A DNA stretch of 64,000 nucleotides, from positions 160,001 through 224,000 of the forward strand of contig CAWDRG010000015.1 of assembly GCA_963804645.1 (NCBI GenBank). The letters are read 5' to 3'. Positions within the stretch are counted from its first letter, which is position 1. Every line of letters begins with the position of its first letter. Shown here one piece after another: positions 1 through 9,227 of the stretch. The notes under the pieces were generated by a model. It worked only from the letters and a program-made list of their open reading frames with translations. It was not told the DNA's origin and did no database searches. The stretch comes from an uncultured Bacillota bacterium. Its GTDB lineage: Bacteria; Sysuimicrobiota; Sysuimicrobiia; Sysuimicrobiales; Segetimicrobiaceae. A program made the position numbers and the translations under genes.

Positions 1-524
1 GCGTGGAGGTACACGGCGATATAGCCGCCCATCGCGAGCAGGCCGGTCCGCAAAAACACAAGGGTAAGAACCGAACCAATCCCCGGTCCTCCCAACCGAC
101 CGCCCGGCCGCGCAAGATACCACAGACTATCCACGAGGGCGGTGCCGAGGACGATCGCATTCACACCGCGGGCGCCGTATTGCTGAGCCGCGACCACCGT
201 GGGGACCAGCACGGCCACGATGAATCCGGGAGCCGCGATGAGTTCAGGACCGAGAAATTGCGCGGGCGGCGTCACCTGATGGACCACGATCGACAGACCT
301 ACCGCCAGCGTCAGGGCGGTCGGCACGTAACGGCGCCCGAGTCGCTGAGGCAGTCCGGGCCACAACAGAAAGACCAGGACCAGCAGCCCTTCGGGTACGT
401 AGAAGAGTACCGTCGGACGGGCCACCGCGAGGACGAGCAACATCCCCAGCTGCAGCCCAATCCCGGTCCGGAAGGTCCGGAGAACCACGGAATCCGGCAG
501 AACCCCCGGCGCGTACCCTGGCAT
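1..524 (-). CDS. Polytopic membrane protein, partial (runs off the window); possibly the input domain of a NarX/DesK-type sensor kinase
   Basis: Not in the ORF track because no stop lies in the window. My translation from ATG at 524 is MPGYAPGVLPDSVVLRTFRTGIGLQLGMLLVLAV...VLTLVFLRTGLLAMGGYIAVYLH, with about 5-6 hydrophobic segments. A kinase domain, if present, is outside the window, so that call is inference. Confidence 0.5.
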   Translation of the reverse strand, partial: MPGYAPGVLPDSVVLRTFRTGIGLQLGMLLVLAVARPTVLFYVPEGLLVLVFLLWPGLPQRLGRRYVPTALTLAVGLSIVVHQVTPPAQFLGPELIAAPGFIVAVLVPTVVAAQQYGARGVNAIVLGTALVDSLWYLARPGGRLGGPGIGSVLTLVFLRTGLLAMGGYIAVYLH

Positions 525-584
525 AGTCCAGATTATATCGCCCCCACCGCATCCGCGACACGTGCCCGCGATCACAAGTCTGGC

Positions 585-598
585 ATGACAGCGGTCAT
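585..598. promoter_or_regulatory. Palindrome ATGAC-N4-GTCAT in the divergent intergenic region, a possible response-regulator site
   Basis: The sequence atgacagcggtcat lies between the divergent starts at 524 and 714. Confidence 0.3.
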
Positions 599-713
599 AT
601 TCCCACGCTGAGCGGCGCTGCCCCAGATCGTGACGGTGTCCACTACGCGAGGGCCGGAGGGTGCGCTACCATGCGGCCTAGCAACTCAAAAACGCGAGAG
701 GGAGGGGATGCAA

Positions 714-893
714 ATGGAGCGGCTGCAGAAGGTCGTGGTGAGCGGGCTGGCGTTGATTGCGGTGGGTGTCGCGGTGGCACTGGCGCCCATGACGGCGCGG
801 GCGGACGAGCAGGTCCCGGGCAACCCCGGCGGCGCGACGCAGATTCCGGCGTCCCAGGTCGGAAACGCCCAGGGCGACGGCAGCGGGCAGTAG
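714..893 (+). CDS. Small secreted peptide 1 (59 aa)
   Basis: GGAGG RBS at 701-705; Sec signal ending ARA; mature part DEQVPGNPGGATQIPASQVGNAQGDGSGQ. Confidence 0.7.
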   Translation: MERLQKVVVSGLALIAVGVAVALAPMTARADEQVPGNPGGATQIPASQVGNAQGDGSGQ

Positions 894-1009
894 GGGAGGA
901 GGCGCGGGTTATGGACCGCGCCGGAATCACGAGAACGGGAATCTGGCACAGCCAGCGGCGCACGTTCCGCTGGCTGTGCCGCCAACTCGTCGTACAGGAG
1001 GGGAGCGAC

Positions 1010-1165
1010 ATGGAACCGATCAGGACGGCGCTCGGGAGGCTCGTGCTCGGGGTGATACTGATGCTGGCGGCGCCCGCGCTTGCGCAGATCAACGTCACGC
1101 CCGTTCCGCCGGCAACCGGCGGTGTGAGTCAGATCAATGGTCCGGACCAGGGGACCGGACAATGA
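1010..1165 (+). CDS. Small secreted peptide 2 (51 aa)
   Basis: AGGAGG RBS; signal ending ALA; mature part QINVTPVPPATGGVSQINGPDQGTGQ; ATGA overlap with the next gene. Confidence 0.7.
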   Translation: MEPIRTALGRLVLGVILMLAAPALAQINVTPVPPATGGVSQINGPDQGTGQ

Positions 1166-1887
1166 CTCTTATTCTCACCCAAGTCATCCTACAATCGATC
1201 TCGTCGACGCTCGACTGGGTCGGCTTCTACGTCGGCATCCGCACCGTCCCGGGAGACCAGTCCCGACAGAGATTCTGGATCGTCGCTTCGGCAGTCGTGT
1301 TCGGGGTATGGCTGTTTGCGATCGTGCTGTTGGCCTCGCAGCACGTCTTCCGCAACGATGTCCGGCCCCCGCGCATCCCCATGACGCTGCTCGCGACGCT
1401 CGCCATTGGATATCTCTCTCTCATGTCGCAAACGTTCCGCCGCATCATTGCTGGCATTCCCCAACATTGGCTGATCGGCATTCAAACGTTCAGAATTCTC
1501 GGCGCGGTGTTCCTGATTCGCTATATTCAGGGCCAGTTGCCTGGTGTGTTTGCGATTCCTGCCGGCGTGGGGGACATACTGACAGGAGTCCTGGCACCGT
1601 TCGTCGCGTACTGGTGGTATGCGGGTAAACCCTACGCCCGCGGCGCCGCGATTGCCTGGAACCTGTTCGGCATGGCCGATCTCATCAACGCCCTCACGAT
1701 CGGAGTGCTCACGCGGGGCGGGGGCATCGTGTTTCCCCTCGTGCTCATTCCGGTTTATGCGGTGCCGCGAGCGCTCCTCGTCCACTCGTACTCACTCATC
1801 GGCCTGCTCCGCAACACGTCGCTACGGCCAAAGCCGACAGAGTCACTGCATTACGGACCCGAGATCCCCCGTGGGTCACCGCAATGA
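1162..1887 (+). CDS. Conserved hypothetical multi-pass membrane protein
   Basis: About 7 TM segments; WLIGIQTFRILG...PAGVGDILTG...AWNLFGMADL; ATGA-coupled at both ends. Confidence 0.75.
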   Translation: MTLILTQVILQSISSTLDWVGFYVGIRTVPGDQSRQRFWIVASAVVFGVWLFAIVLLASQHVFRNDVRPPRIPMTLLATLAIGYLSLMSQTFRRIIAGIPQHWLIGIQTFRILGAVFLIRYIQGQLPGVFAIPAGVGDILTGVLAPFVAYWWYAGKPYARGAAIAWNLFGMADLINALTIGVLTRGGGIVFPLVLIPVYAVPRALLVHSYSLIGLLRNTSLRPKPTESLHYGPEIPRGSPQ

Positions 1888-2460
1888 TGTCCGCCACCCC
1901 GATCGGCGCACACCGACCGCCGCTGTGGCTCAAGCTGCCAACAGCCGCCGGCAACGCCGTGCAACTGATCGGGCTCGCGATCGGCGCCGCGCTGACGTAT
2001 GCGGCGACGGCGGCGCACTGGCCCGCAGTGGTTCGGATCGTGTTGATGATGGCGGGGTGGGTCGCCCTCCTTTGGTCCAGCCACGCGATTGCGCATTGGG
2101 GCGTTGGCCGGCTCGTCGGCATCCAGTTTCGCGGGTATGGCATCAGGGGCAGCGACCACCCGGAGATCTATCCTCCGCGAACTCGGGCGTTCTTGGCGCA
2201 CGTTCCTTTCTTTGTTGCGCTCACGAGTAAAGAGCATGAAACGATCTGCTCCAATAGCGAAGGCGCTCATGTTCAGCGCCGGCGAAACGTCGACAACGCT
2301 GTGGACCCTCGTTGCGGCCTGGTATGTGACGCGTGAGCGCGCCCCAGCCGGCCGCGCGCTGTTGGTCTTCACGCTTATCTGGAACCTCGTCGCGACAGTA
2401 CTCACCAGCCGTGCATCGTCGGGAGACTATGCCAAAGCTCTTCGTGCTTATCGGGACTGA
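1884..2460 (+). CDS. Membrane protein with an HxxxH motif (M50/site-2 peptidase-like), frameshifted near 2230
   Basis: ORF 1884-2336 (SSHAIAHWGVGRLVG) continues in the frame of ORF 2089-2460 (KALMFSAG...GDYAKA). Confidence 0.5.
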
Positions 2461-2489
2461 TTGCAATCCGAGTCCCTTGATATGATCAA

Positions 2490-3355
2490 AGACCGTACCT
2501 CGATCGTACAGAGGTTGATGCCGATGGCGGCGCGACACAAGTCGAAGCGACGACTTCGCACGATCTGGCGGATCCCTGAGGAGGTCTGGGCCCAACTCGA
2601 GCCGCTCCTCCCCCCCGAAAAGGCGCCCGGGACGCCCGGGCGCCCGGTGGTTCCCTTCCGCCAGGTCATGGACGGCATCCTGTACGTGCTCCGCACGGGC
2701 TGCCAATGGAAAGCGTTGCCCAGGGAATATGGATCCGGCTCCACCTGCCACCGCCGCTTCCAGGCATGGGTCGACGCCGGCGTCTTCGAGCGGCTGTGGG
2801 GCACACTGCTGACCCGGTACGACGAACTCCGAGGGATCCAGTGGCGCTGGCAATCGCTGGACAGCGCCACGGTCAAGGCGCCGTTGGGGGGGCTCACACA
2901 GGGCCCAATCCGACGGATCGCGGCAAGCTCGGGACGAAGCGCCACACGCTGACCGATCAACGCGGCGCCCCGCTCGCCGTCGTGGTGACCGGGGCCAACT
3001 GCCATGACATGAAAGCGGCGACGGCCACACTGGATAATCTCCCCATCCGGCGGCCCCGGCCGACGCCTGAGCATCCGCAACATCTGTGCCTCGACAAAGG
3101 ATATGACTATCCGGAGATCGAGGTGGCCTTGCGGAAGCGGCATTACGTCCCTCATATGCGCCATCGCGGTGAATGCCTCCCGAGACGTCGCCGGCATCCG
3201 GCGCGTCGCTGGGTCGTGGAACGCACCGGCGCCTGGCACAACCGGTTTCGGAAACTTCTCGTCCGCTACGAGAAGCGGATGGAAAATTACCATGCGTTGG
3301 TGCATTTCGCATGCGCCCTGATCGTCTACCGGCTCACGGTTTTGGGATAGGTTCT
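2490..3355 (+). mobile_element. IS5-family (IS427-like) insertion sequence with a split transposase
   Basis: orfA from 2524 (GILYVLRTGCQWKALP) and orfB to 3350 (LDKGYD, RWVVERT) are joined by a -1 shift at the G run near 2886-2892. Imperfect IR AGACCGTACCTC / GGGATAGGTTCT; about 870 bp. Confidence 0.85.
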
Positions 3356-3386
3356 AAGGCGGATCGCGGCGACGCGCCGGGCCTGG

Positions 3387-4202
3387 TCACACCCGATCGA
3401 GAAACGCGCGCAGACGGCTGAAGAGGGCGTCCGGCTCTTCCGCCTGCGGGGAATGCCCGCTGTGCTCGAACACATGCAGCTCCGCGTGGGGCAGCAGCCG
3501 CTGAATCTCCAGTGACTCTTCGACGGGGCAGATCCAGTCGTGGCGGCCGACGCCGATGAACGCCGGGACCCCGACCTTCGATAGGACCGGCCGCACGTCG
3601 TAACGCGCATAGTCGAGGATCAGCGCGCGCCGGGTCTCCGGGTCGAACGACCGCCCCGCAAGGCTGGTGGGGGCGCGGCGCTTATCGTAGTAGTAGAGCG
3701 GTTGGATCGTCTCGAACGCGCGCTGGAATGCCGCGGCCTCACGGAGCGACCCGTCCCACAGCCGTCGGTACGCCGCGATGATCTCCGGCGTGCCCTGGCG
3801 TTCGGCGTTCTCGGTCGCCCGAGCCATGAACCCGCCGCTCGGGGCGGTCCCGATCAGCACCAGCGCGCGCGGCTCGGACGGATACCGGGTTGCGTAGACG
3901 AGTGCGGCGAAGCCGCCGGCCGAGGTCCCCGCCACGATGGGATGCTCCAGGCCGAGCGCGCCGATCAGCGCGTGCAGGTCCTCCGCCTGGTCCGCGATCG
4001 TGTACGTCTCGATCGGAGCGCGCGACGACGCCCCGTGCCCGCGGTGTTCGTAGGCGACCAGCTGCACGCGGTCTGCCAGGGACCGATAGGGGCCGATCCG
4101 GTCGGGATGGCCCATCCCGGGTCCTCCGTGCACGAGCACGTACGGCGGTCCTGCCCCGGTCGTGTCGTACGACAGCTCGACCCCGCGCACGCGCACCTTC
4201 AT
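3387..4202 (-). CDS. Alpha/beta hydrolase (proline iminopeptidase-like)
   Basis: HGGPG oxyanion motif, GTSAGG nucleophile, C-terminal SGHSPQ; true start MKVRVRG at 4202. Confidence 0.85.
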   Translation of the reverse strand: MKVRVRGVELSYDTTGAGPPYVLVHGGPGMGHPDRIGPYRSLADRVQLVAYEHRGHGASSRAPIETYTIADQAEDLHALIGALGLEHPIVAGTSAGGFAALVYATRYPSEPRALVLIGTAPSGGFMARATENAERQGTPEIIAAYRRLWDGSLREAAAFQRAFETIQPLYYYDKRRAPTSLAGRSFDPETRRALILDYARYDVRPVLSKVGVPAFIGVGRHDWICPVEESLEIQRLLPHAELHVFEHSGHSPQAEEPDALFSRLRAFLDRV

Positions 4203-5081
4203 CGGCGTCTGGGGTCGAGGGCGTCTCGGAGGCCGTCGCCGAGCAGATTGATGCTCGCGACCGTGAGGAAGATCGCGGTGCCCGGGAATGTCGCGATCCA
4301 CCACGCGGTATCCACGTAACGCCTCCCGTCGACCAGCATGTTGCCCCAGCTCGGTGCCGGGGGCTGAATCCCGAACCCGAGATAGCTCAGTCCTGACTCG
4401 ATCAGAATGGCTTCCGCCATGAACAGCGTGGCTTGGACAATCAGCGTCGGCATCACGTTCGGCAGCAGGTGAGCTCGGATCACCCGCCGCGCACGGGCGC
4501 CCAAGGCGACGGCCGCCTCGACGAACTGATGCTGCCGCACCCGAAGCGCTTCCCCCCGCACGATGCGCGCGGTGGGGGGCCAGTAGACCAGGCCGATGAC
4601 CAAGATCGTGTTGCGCAGGCTCGGCCCGAAGAGCGCGATGATGAGCAGCACCAGCAGGAGCGGGGGGATGCCGAGCGCGAGTTCGGTCAAGCGCGTCAGC
4701 CAGAGGTCGGACGGGCCCCGAAAGTATCCGCTGAGCGCCCCGATCGTCGTGCCGACCATCATGGCGAGCGCGGTGGCGATCGCGCCCGTCGCCAGCGAGG
4801 CGCGCGCGCCCACGAGGATCCGGCTCAGGACATCGCGTCCGTACGCGTCGGTCCCGAGCAGGTGTACCGCGTCGGGGGGCGCAAGGCGCCGATCGAGGTC
4901 TCTGGAGATCCGGCTGGAACGGGACGATCCACGGGGCGGCGATCGCGACGACGAGAATCAGCATGAGGGTGCACGAGCTGACGACCGCGACGCGATTGGC
5001 GGCCAGCGTGCGGATCGCAGTCGCACGCGGCGAGCGGGTGCCGCCGGCGTGGGTACGCAGCAGGACGGTGGGCGTGCTCAT
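4199..5081 (-). CDS. Peptide/nickel ABC transporter permease (DppC/OppC type), frameshift near 4890
   Basis: The N-terminus MSTPTVLL...PWIVPFQPD is in one frame; HLLGTDAYGRD, FVEAAVALGA and PSWGNML are in another. Confidence 0.85.
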
Positions 5082-6028
5082 TGCCACACGATGCGCGGGT
5101 CGGCCAGCGAGTACAGCAGGTCGGTGAGCACGTTGCCGAGGATCACGGCCAGCGCGATCAGCAGGTTGAGGCCCAGCAGCAGCGGATAGTCCCGGCCGAT
5201 CACCGCGTCCACGGCGAGCCGGCCGACACCCGGCCATGCGAACACCGTCTCCGTGAGGACCGCGCCCCCGATGAGGAACCGGGTCGACAGGCCGAGCAGC
5301 GTGATCAGCGGAATCAGGCCGTTGCGGAACGCGTGCCGCAGCAGGACCCGCGCCGATCGGAGCCCTTTGGCCCGCGCCACCGTGACGTAGGGCTGCGCCA
5401 GCGCCTCGAGCAGGCTCGAGCGCGTGAACCTGAGAAACGAGGCGATCTGGGTGCTCGCGAGCGTGAGCGTGGGAAGCACGAGATGGCGCAGGTGGTCGGC
5501 GAGGCCACCGGTGGTCCCGTAGTCTCCGTAGCCGGAAGCCGGCAGCCATCGGAGCGTCACCGCGAAGAGCAAGATGAGGAGAATGCCGAGCCAGAAGCTC
5601 GGGAACGAGACGCCCGCGAGCGCCAGGCTCGTGGCGCCCCGGTCGACCCACGTGTTCGGCCGCGTGGCCGAGACGATGCCGAGCGGCACGGCCACGGCCA
5701 GGGCGAGCGCGAGCGATCCCGCGGCGAGCTGGACCGTGGCGCCGATATGCTCGCCGACCACCCCCAGCACCGGCGTCCCCTGCAGGTACGAGATTCCGAA
5801 GTTGCCGCGGAGCGCGTTGAGGAGCCACCGCACGTACTGCACCGGCAGCGGCTGGTCGAGGCCGAGGCTCCGCCGCAGTGACGCGGCGTCCTGCTGGTTC
5901 AGGTCGCCCCCCAGCAGTGTGGCTTCCGGTCCGCCGGGCGCCACGTGAATCAGGATGAACAGAACGACCGAGACGCCGAGGAGCATGGGCAGCGCTCCCA
6001 GCACCCGGCGTGCGAGGTACGCGCTCAC
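5078..6028 (-). CDS. Peptide/nickel ABC transporter permease (DppB/OppB type)
   Basis: LGLDQPLPVQY, YVTVARAKGL, ETVFAWPGVG, ADPRI. Confidence 0.95.
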   Translation of the reverse strand: MSAYLARRVLGALPMLLGVSVVLFILIHVAPGGPEATLLGGDLNQQDAASLRRSLGLDQPLPVQYVRWLLNALRGNFGISYLQGTPVLGVVGEHIGATVQLAAGSLALALAVAVPLGIVSATRPNTWVDRGATSLALAGVSFPSFWLGILLILLFAVTLRWLPASGYGDYGTTGGLADHLRHLVLPTLTLASTQIASFLRFTRSSLLEALAQPYVTVARAKGLRSARVLLRHAFRNGLIPLITLLGLSTRFLIGGAVLTETVFAWPGVGRLAVDAVIGRDYPLLLGLNLLIALAVILGNVLTDLLYSLADPRIVWQ

Positions 6029-6035
6029 GGGTCTC

Positions 6036-7715
6036 TTAGGACTGCCAGGAGGCCTTCCGCAGCGATTGGTAGATCGCCGCCTGGGCGGGAATCAGCGCGA
6101 CGCCCCGCAGCCGCTTGTCGTAGACGTACATTTCCTTTTGATAGAAGCCCCAGACGTACGGCGCGTCCTCCGCCAGTACCTGCTGCATCTTCACGTAGGC
6201 CGCGCGCCTGGTGGCGCGGTCGCGCCCGCGCCGCCCCGCCTCGAGCAGTTGGTCGACCTGCGGGTTCTTGTAGTGCACGAAGTTGCGGCCGTTCCACTGG
6301 CTGCTGTCCCAAATCGTGTAGTTGAAGGGATCGGGGTCGGGGTGGCCGGTCCAGCCCACCAGGATCGCCTCGAAATCGGACGCGAACAACTGGCGCACAA
6401 ACGTCGGCCAGTCGAGCAGCGCGATGTCGGCCTGGACGCCCGCCAGGGCGAGTTGGGCTTGGATGATGACGGCGGAGTCCCGCACCGATTGCGAGCTCTG
6501 ATCGCCCTTGATGCCGAAGCGGAGCGGCTGGCCGTTCCGCTGCATGATCCCGTTCGGGCCCGGCGTAAAGCCCGCTTCGGCCAGCAGGCTCTTCGCCTGC
6601 GCCGGATCGTAGGCGTAGCGTTTGACCTGCGGGGTGTAGGCCCAGCTCGTCGGCGGGATCGGGCCGGTCGCCGGCAGCGCGTAGCCCAGCAGCACCTTGT
6701 GGACGATTGCGTCGAAGTCCACCGCGTACGAGAGCGCCTGGCGGACGCGCACGTCGTTGAACGGCGGCCGGTCGAGTTTGAACCCGAGATACTCGTAGCT
6801 CGGCGTGTAGATGCCGGCGACGGTGTAGTCGTTCTTGAGGCGCTCCAGCTCGTCGATCGGCGGGTCGTCCAGCATGTCGATGCCCCCGGTGCGCAGCGCT
6901 TGAGTGCGCACCACGGGATCCGGGATCACCCGGAAGATCACTTGGCGGATCGCCGGGCGGCCGCCGTAGTACCGGTCGAACGCCTCGAGGGTGATGCTGT
7001 CGCTTTTCCGCCACTCGACCACGCGGTACGCGCCGTTCCCGACCGGCTTCGAGTTGAACGGCCCGGTGTTGATGTCCTGGCCCTGCAGCGCGTGCCTCGG
7101 GATGATGCCGCCGCGGGGGGCCGTGAGCACGCCCAAGAAGGCGGCGTACGGGTAGCTCAGATTGAACCGCACGGTGTGGGGATCCAGGACCTCCACCGGC
7201 CGCTTCGGCAGTGACGCCGGATCGGCGGGATGGTCGGGATTGGTGAGCTCCGCGTATCCCGCCAGCGCGCCGAAGAACGCGCGAGATGCGGCGTGTGTCT
7301 TTGGGTCGAGCATCGTGTAAAACGTGAACGCGACGTCGTCCGCGGTGAACGGGGTCCCATCGTGCCACACGACGTCCGTACGGAGGTGAAACGTGTACGT
7401 CTGCCCGTCCGCCGACACGTCCCACCGTTGGGCGAGCATCGGCCGGATCCCCAGGGTTTCGTCGTATTCGACCAGGCCGTCGAAGACCGGCCACTCAACT
7501 TTGTACGACTGACCGTCGCTGGCGATCACCGGGTTGATGAACGAAATGTCGCCGCCGATCCCAATGACAAGCGAGTCCTTCGGCTGGCCCGGCCCAGACG
7601 CCGCGTCCGCCCGCCGAAGCGGCGAGGACACAGCCGTGCCCAGTGCGATCCCCGCGCCGACGGCTCCCGATCGTGCCAGCAACTGCCTTCGAGTGAGCCT
7701 GGCCATGGTCATCAC
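6036..7715 (-). CDS. ABC transporter substrate-binding protein, family 5, with Tat signal
   Basis: Twin-arginine TRRQLL; YTFHLR..WHDGTPFTADDV; PVGNGAY; DVRVRQAL. Confidence 0.95.
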   Translation of the reverse strand: MMTMARLTRRQLLARSGAVGAGIALGTAVSSPLRRADAASGPGQPKDSLVIGIGGDISFINPVIASDGQSYKVEWPVFDGLVEYDETLGIRPMLAQRWDVSADGQTYTFHLRTDVVWHDGTPFTADDVAFTFYTMLDPKTHAASRAFFGALAGYAELTNPDHPADPASLPKRPVEVLDPHTVRFNLSYPYAAFLGVLTAPRGGIIPRHALQGQDINTGPFNSKPVGNGAYRVVEWRKSDSITLEAFDRYYGGRPAIRQVIFRVIPDPVVRTQALRTGGIDMLDDPPIDELERLKNDYTVAGIYTPSYEYLGFKLDRPPFNDVRVRQALSYAVDFDAIVHKVLLGYALPATGPIPPTSWAYTPQVKRYAYDPAQAKSLLAEAGFTPGPNGIMQRNGQPLRFGIKGDQSSQSVRDSAVIIQAQLALAGVQADIALLDWPTFVRQLFASDFEAILVGWTGHPDPDPFNYTIWDSSQWNGRNFVHYKNPQVDQLLEAGRRGRDRATRRAAYVKMQQVLAEDAPYVWGFYQKEMYVYDKRLRGVALIPAQAAIYQSLRKASWQS

Positions 7716-7885
7716 CCTTCACGGAGCAGAATGAGTGGCGTGATCTCGGGCCTGGTTCGTGCGGCCCGGCGGCCGACCCGGACGCCGAGCGTTTCGCTAA
7801 TATTGGCGCTTCCCGGCCGTCTCCCTGCGTGTGGGCGGCGAGGACCGGATGACATTTGCACTCGGTGACGGTCCGCGCTGCGGCG

Positions 7886-7911
7886 GGAATAGGCGGGCGG
7901 CGGCGCACGTT
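7886..7911 (+). promoter_or_regulatory. SigR/SigH-type ECF promoter (GGAAT-N18-GTT) upstream of the cysteine operon
   Basis: GGAAT at 7886-7890, exactly 18 nt, then GTT at 7909-7911. Confidence 0.6.
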
Positions 7912-8083
7912 CGTGCTGGGTGAATATGGGGAACTTCTGTATCTGTACGAAGGCATACGGTCCGGTGACGGGGGGTGTCGCCGGGGCTGAATAGTTGGGC
8001 GCCTTTGTGTCCTTGCAGGATCCGGACGGCCGCGGCGCCCTACACCGCGGCCGCGATCTTTGTGTAGGAGAGGAGACGATCCG

Positions 8084-8362
8084 ATGGCGGAAATTTATCT
8101 CCCGACCCCGCTTCGGCGGCTGACGGAGGGACACGCGAGAATTCCCGCGGAGGGCGGTACCGTCGACGAGGCCCTGTCCGCGGCCGAGCGCCGATATCCA
8201 GGACTCCGCGAGCAGCTGCGCGATGCCTCCGGTGAGGTGCGTACCTTCATTAACATCTTCGTGAACGGCACGGAGATCCGTTCGCTCCAGGGAGGGGCGA
8301 CCCCGCTCGGGGCGGCGGACGAGGTCACGATCGTGCCGGCGATGGCCGGGGGCGTCCGGTAG
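8084..8362 (+). CDS. cysO: MoaD/ThiS-family sulfur carrier (CysO-like) ending GG-VR
   Basis: IYLPTPLRRLT...INIFVNG..IR...VTIVPAMAGG-VR; AGGAG RBS. Confidence 0.85.
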   Translation: MAEIYLPTPLRRLTEGHARIPAEGGTVDEALSAAERRYPGLREQLRDASGEVRTFINIFVNGTEIRSLQGGATPLGAADEVTIVPAMAGGVR

Positions 8363-8366
8363 GAAC

Positions 8367-9227
8367 ATGGACGTCTCCGTTCGAGCGCCTCAGCGGACCG
8401 GCCGCACGACGCCGGTGCTCCGCGTCGTCGACACCTCGCAGTTGCTCCTGCATGAGGAAGTGGACGCCGCGCGGGTGAGCCGGCTGTCTCACGCACTCCG
8501 GCGGGAGGGGGTGCTCCGCAACCCGCCGATCGCGGCCGGGCTCGCCGACGGCCGCGCGATGGTGCTTGACGGTGCCAATCGCGTGACGGCGCTCGCGGCA
8601 CTCGGGGTGCGCCACGCCGTCGTGCAGGTCGTGGACTACGGCGACCCCGGTGTGACCCTGGGGACGTGGCGCCACTACGTCCGCGAGCCCGGCGCCCGGC
8701 CCGGGGCCGCGCTGCGGGACCGCGCGGCGGCGCTGCCCGGCAGTTGGGTGGGTGTACGTGCCGAGCATGGGGACGGGGATGCGCACCTCGAGGCTGGTCG
8801 GGCGGCCGCGGTGATCATCACCCGTAATGCCTCGATCTTGATCGGCGGCGGAGCGCTGTCGGAGATCGCGGCGCGGCTCCGTCAGCTCGTGGCGCTGTAC
8901 CGAGATCGGGCAGAGTTCTACCGCGTGGAGACCGGGGATTTCGCCGCGCTCGAGGCCGAGTACGGTCCGGGGAGCCTCGTGGTATTCCCCCGGTTCTCGA
9001 AGGACACGGTGATGCGCTTGGCGCTGGGCGCGGACTTCCTCCCCGCGGGCATCACCCGGCACGGGATCCAGGGGCGCGTCCTGCGGCTCAATACGCCGCT
9101 CGCGTGGCTGTCGGAGGCGGGCGCGGCGGCGGCGAAGCAGCCCGAGCTCGACGCGATGGTGCAGCGCCGGTATCTGGACCACGGTGTGCGCTACTACTCG
9201 GAGTCCACGTTGCTGTTCGATGAGTAG
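8367..9227 (+). CDS. ParB/Srx-fold protein resembling SbnI/SerK free L-serine kinases
   Basis: N-terminal LLLHEE..RV..L......LRNPPI.....MVLDGANRVTAL..LG...AVVQ and C-terminal LPAGITRH.IQGRVLRLNTPL match SbnI-family motifs as I recall them. Confidence 0.65.
   Translation: MDVSVRAPQRTGRTTPVLRVVDTSQLLLHEEVDAARVSRLSHALRREGVLRNPPIAAGLADGRAMVLDGANRVTALAALGVRHAVVQVVDYGDPGVTLGTWRHYVREPGARPGAALRDRAAALPGSWVGVRAEHGDGDAHLEAGRAAAVIITRNASILIGGGALSEIAARLRQLVALYRDRAEFYRVETGDFAALEAEYGPGSLVVFPRFSKDTVMRLALGADFLPAGITRHGIQGRVLRLNTPLAWLSEAGAAAAKQPELDAMVQRRYLDHGVRYYSESTLLFDE

Noticed and set aside
938..966. ECF promoter before peptide 2
   Set aside because: The GGAAT to GTT spacing is 21 nt, off consensus.
3387..5828. 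813-aa ORF as a fusion protein
   Set aside because: It is an artefact: the shifted DppC N-terminus happens to be in frame with the hydrolase, whose real start is at 4202.
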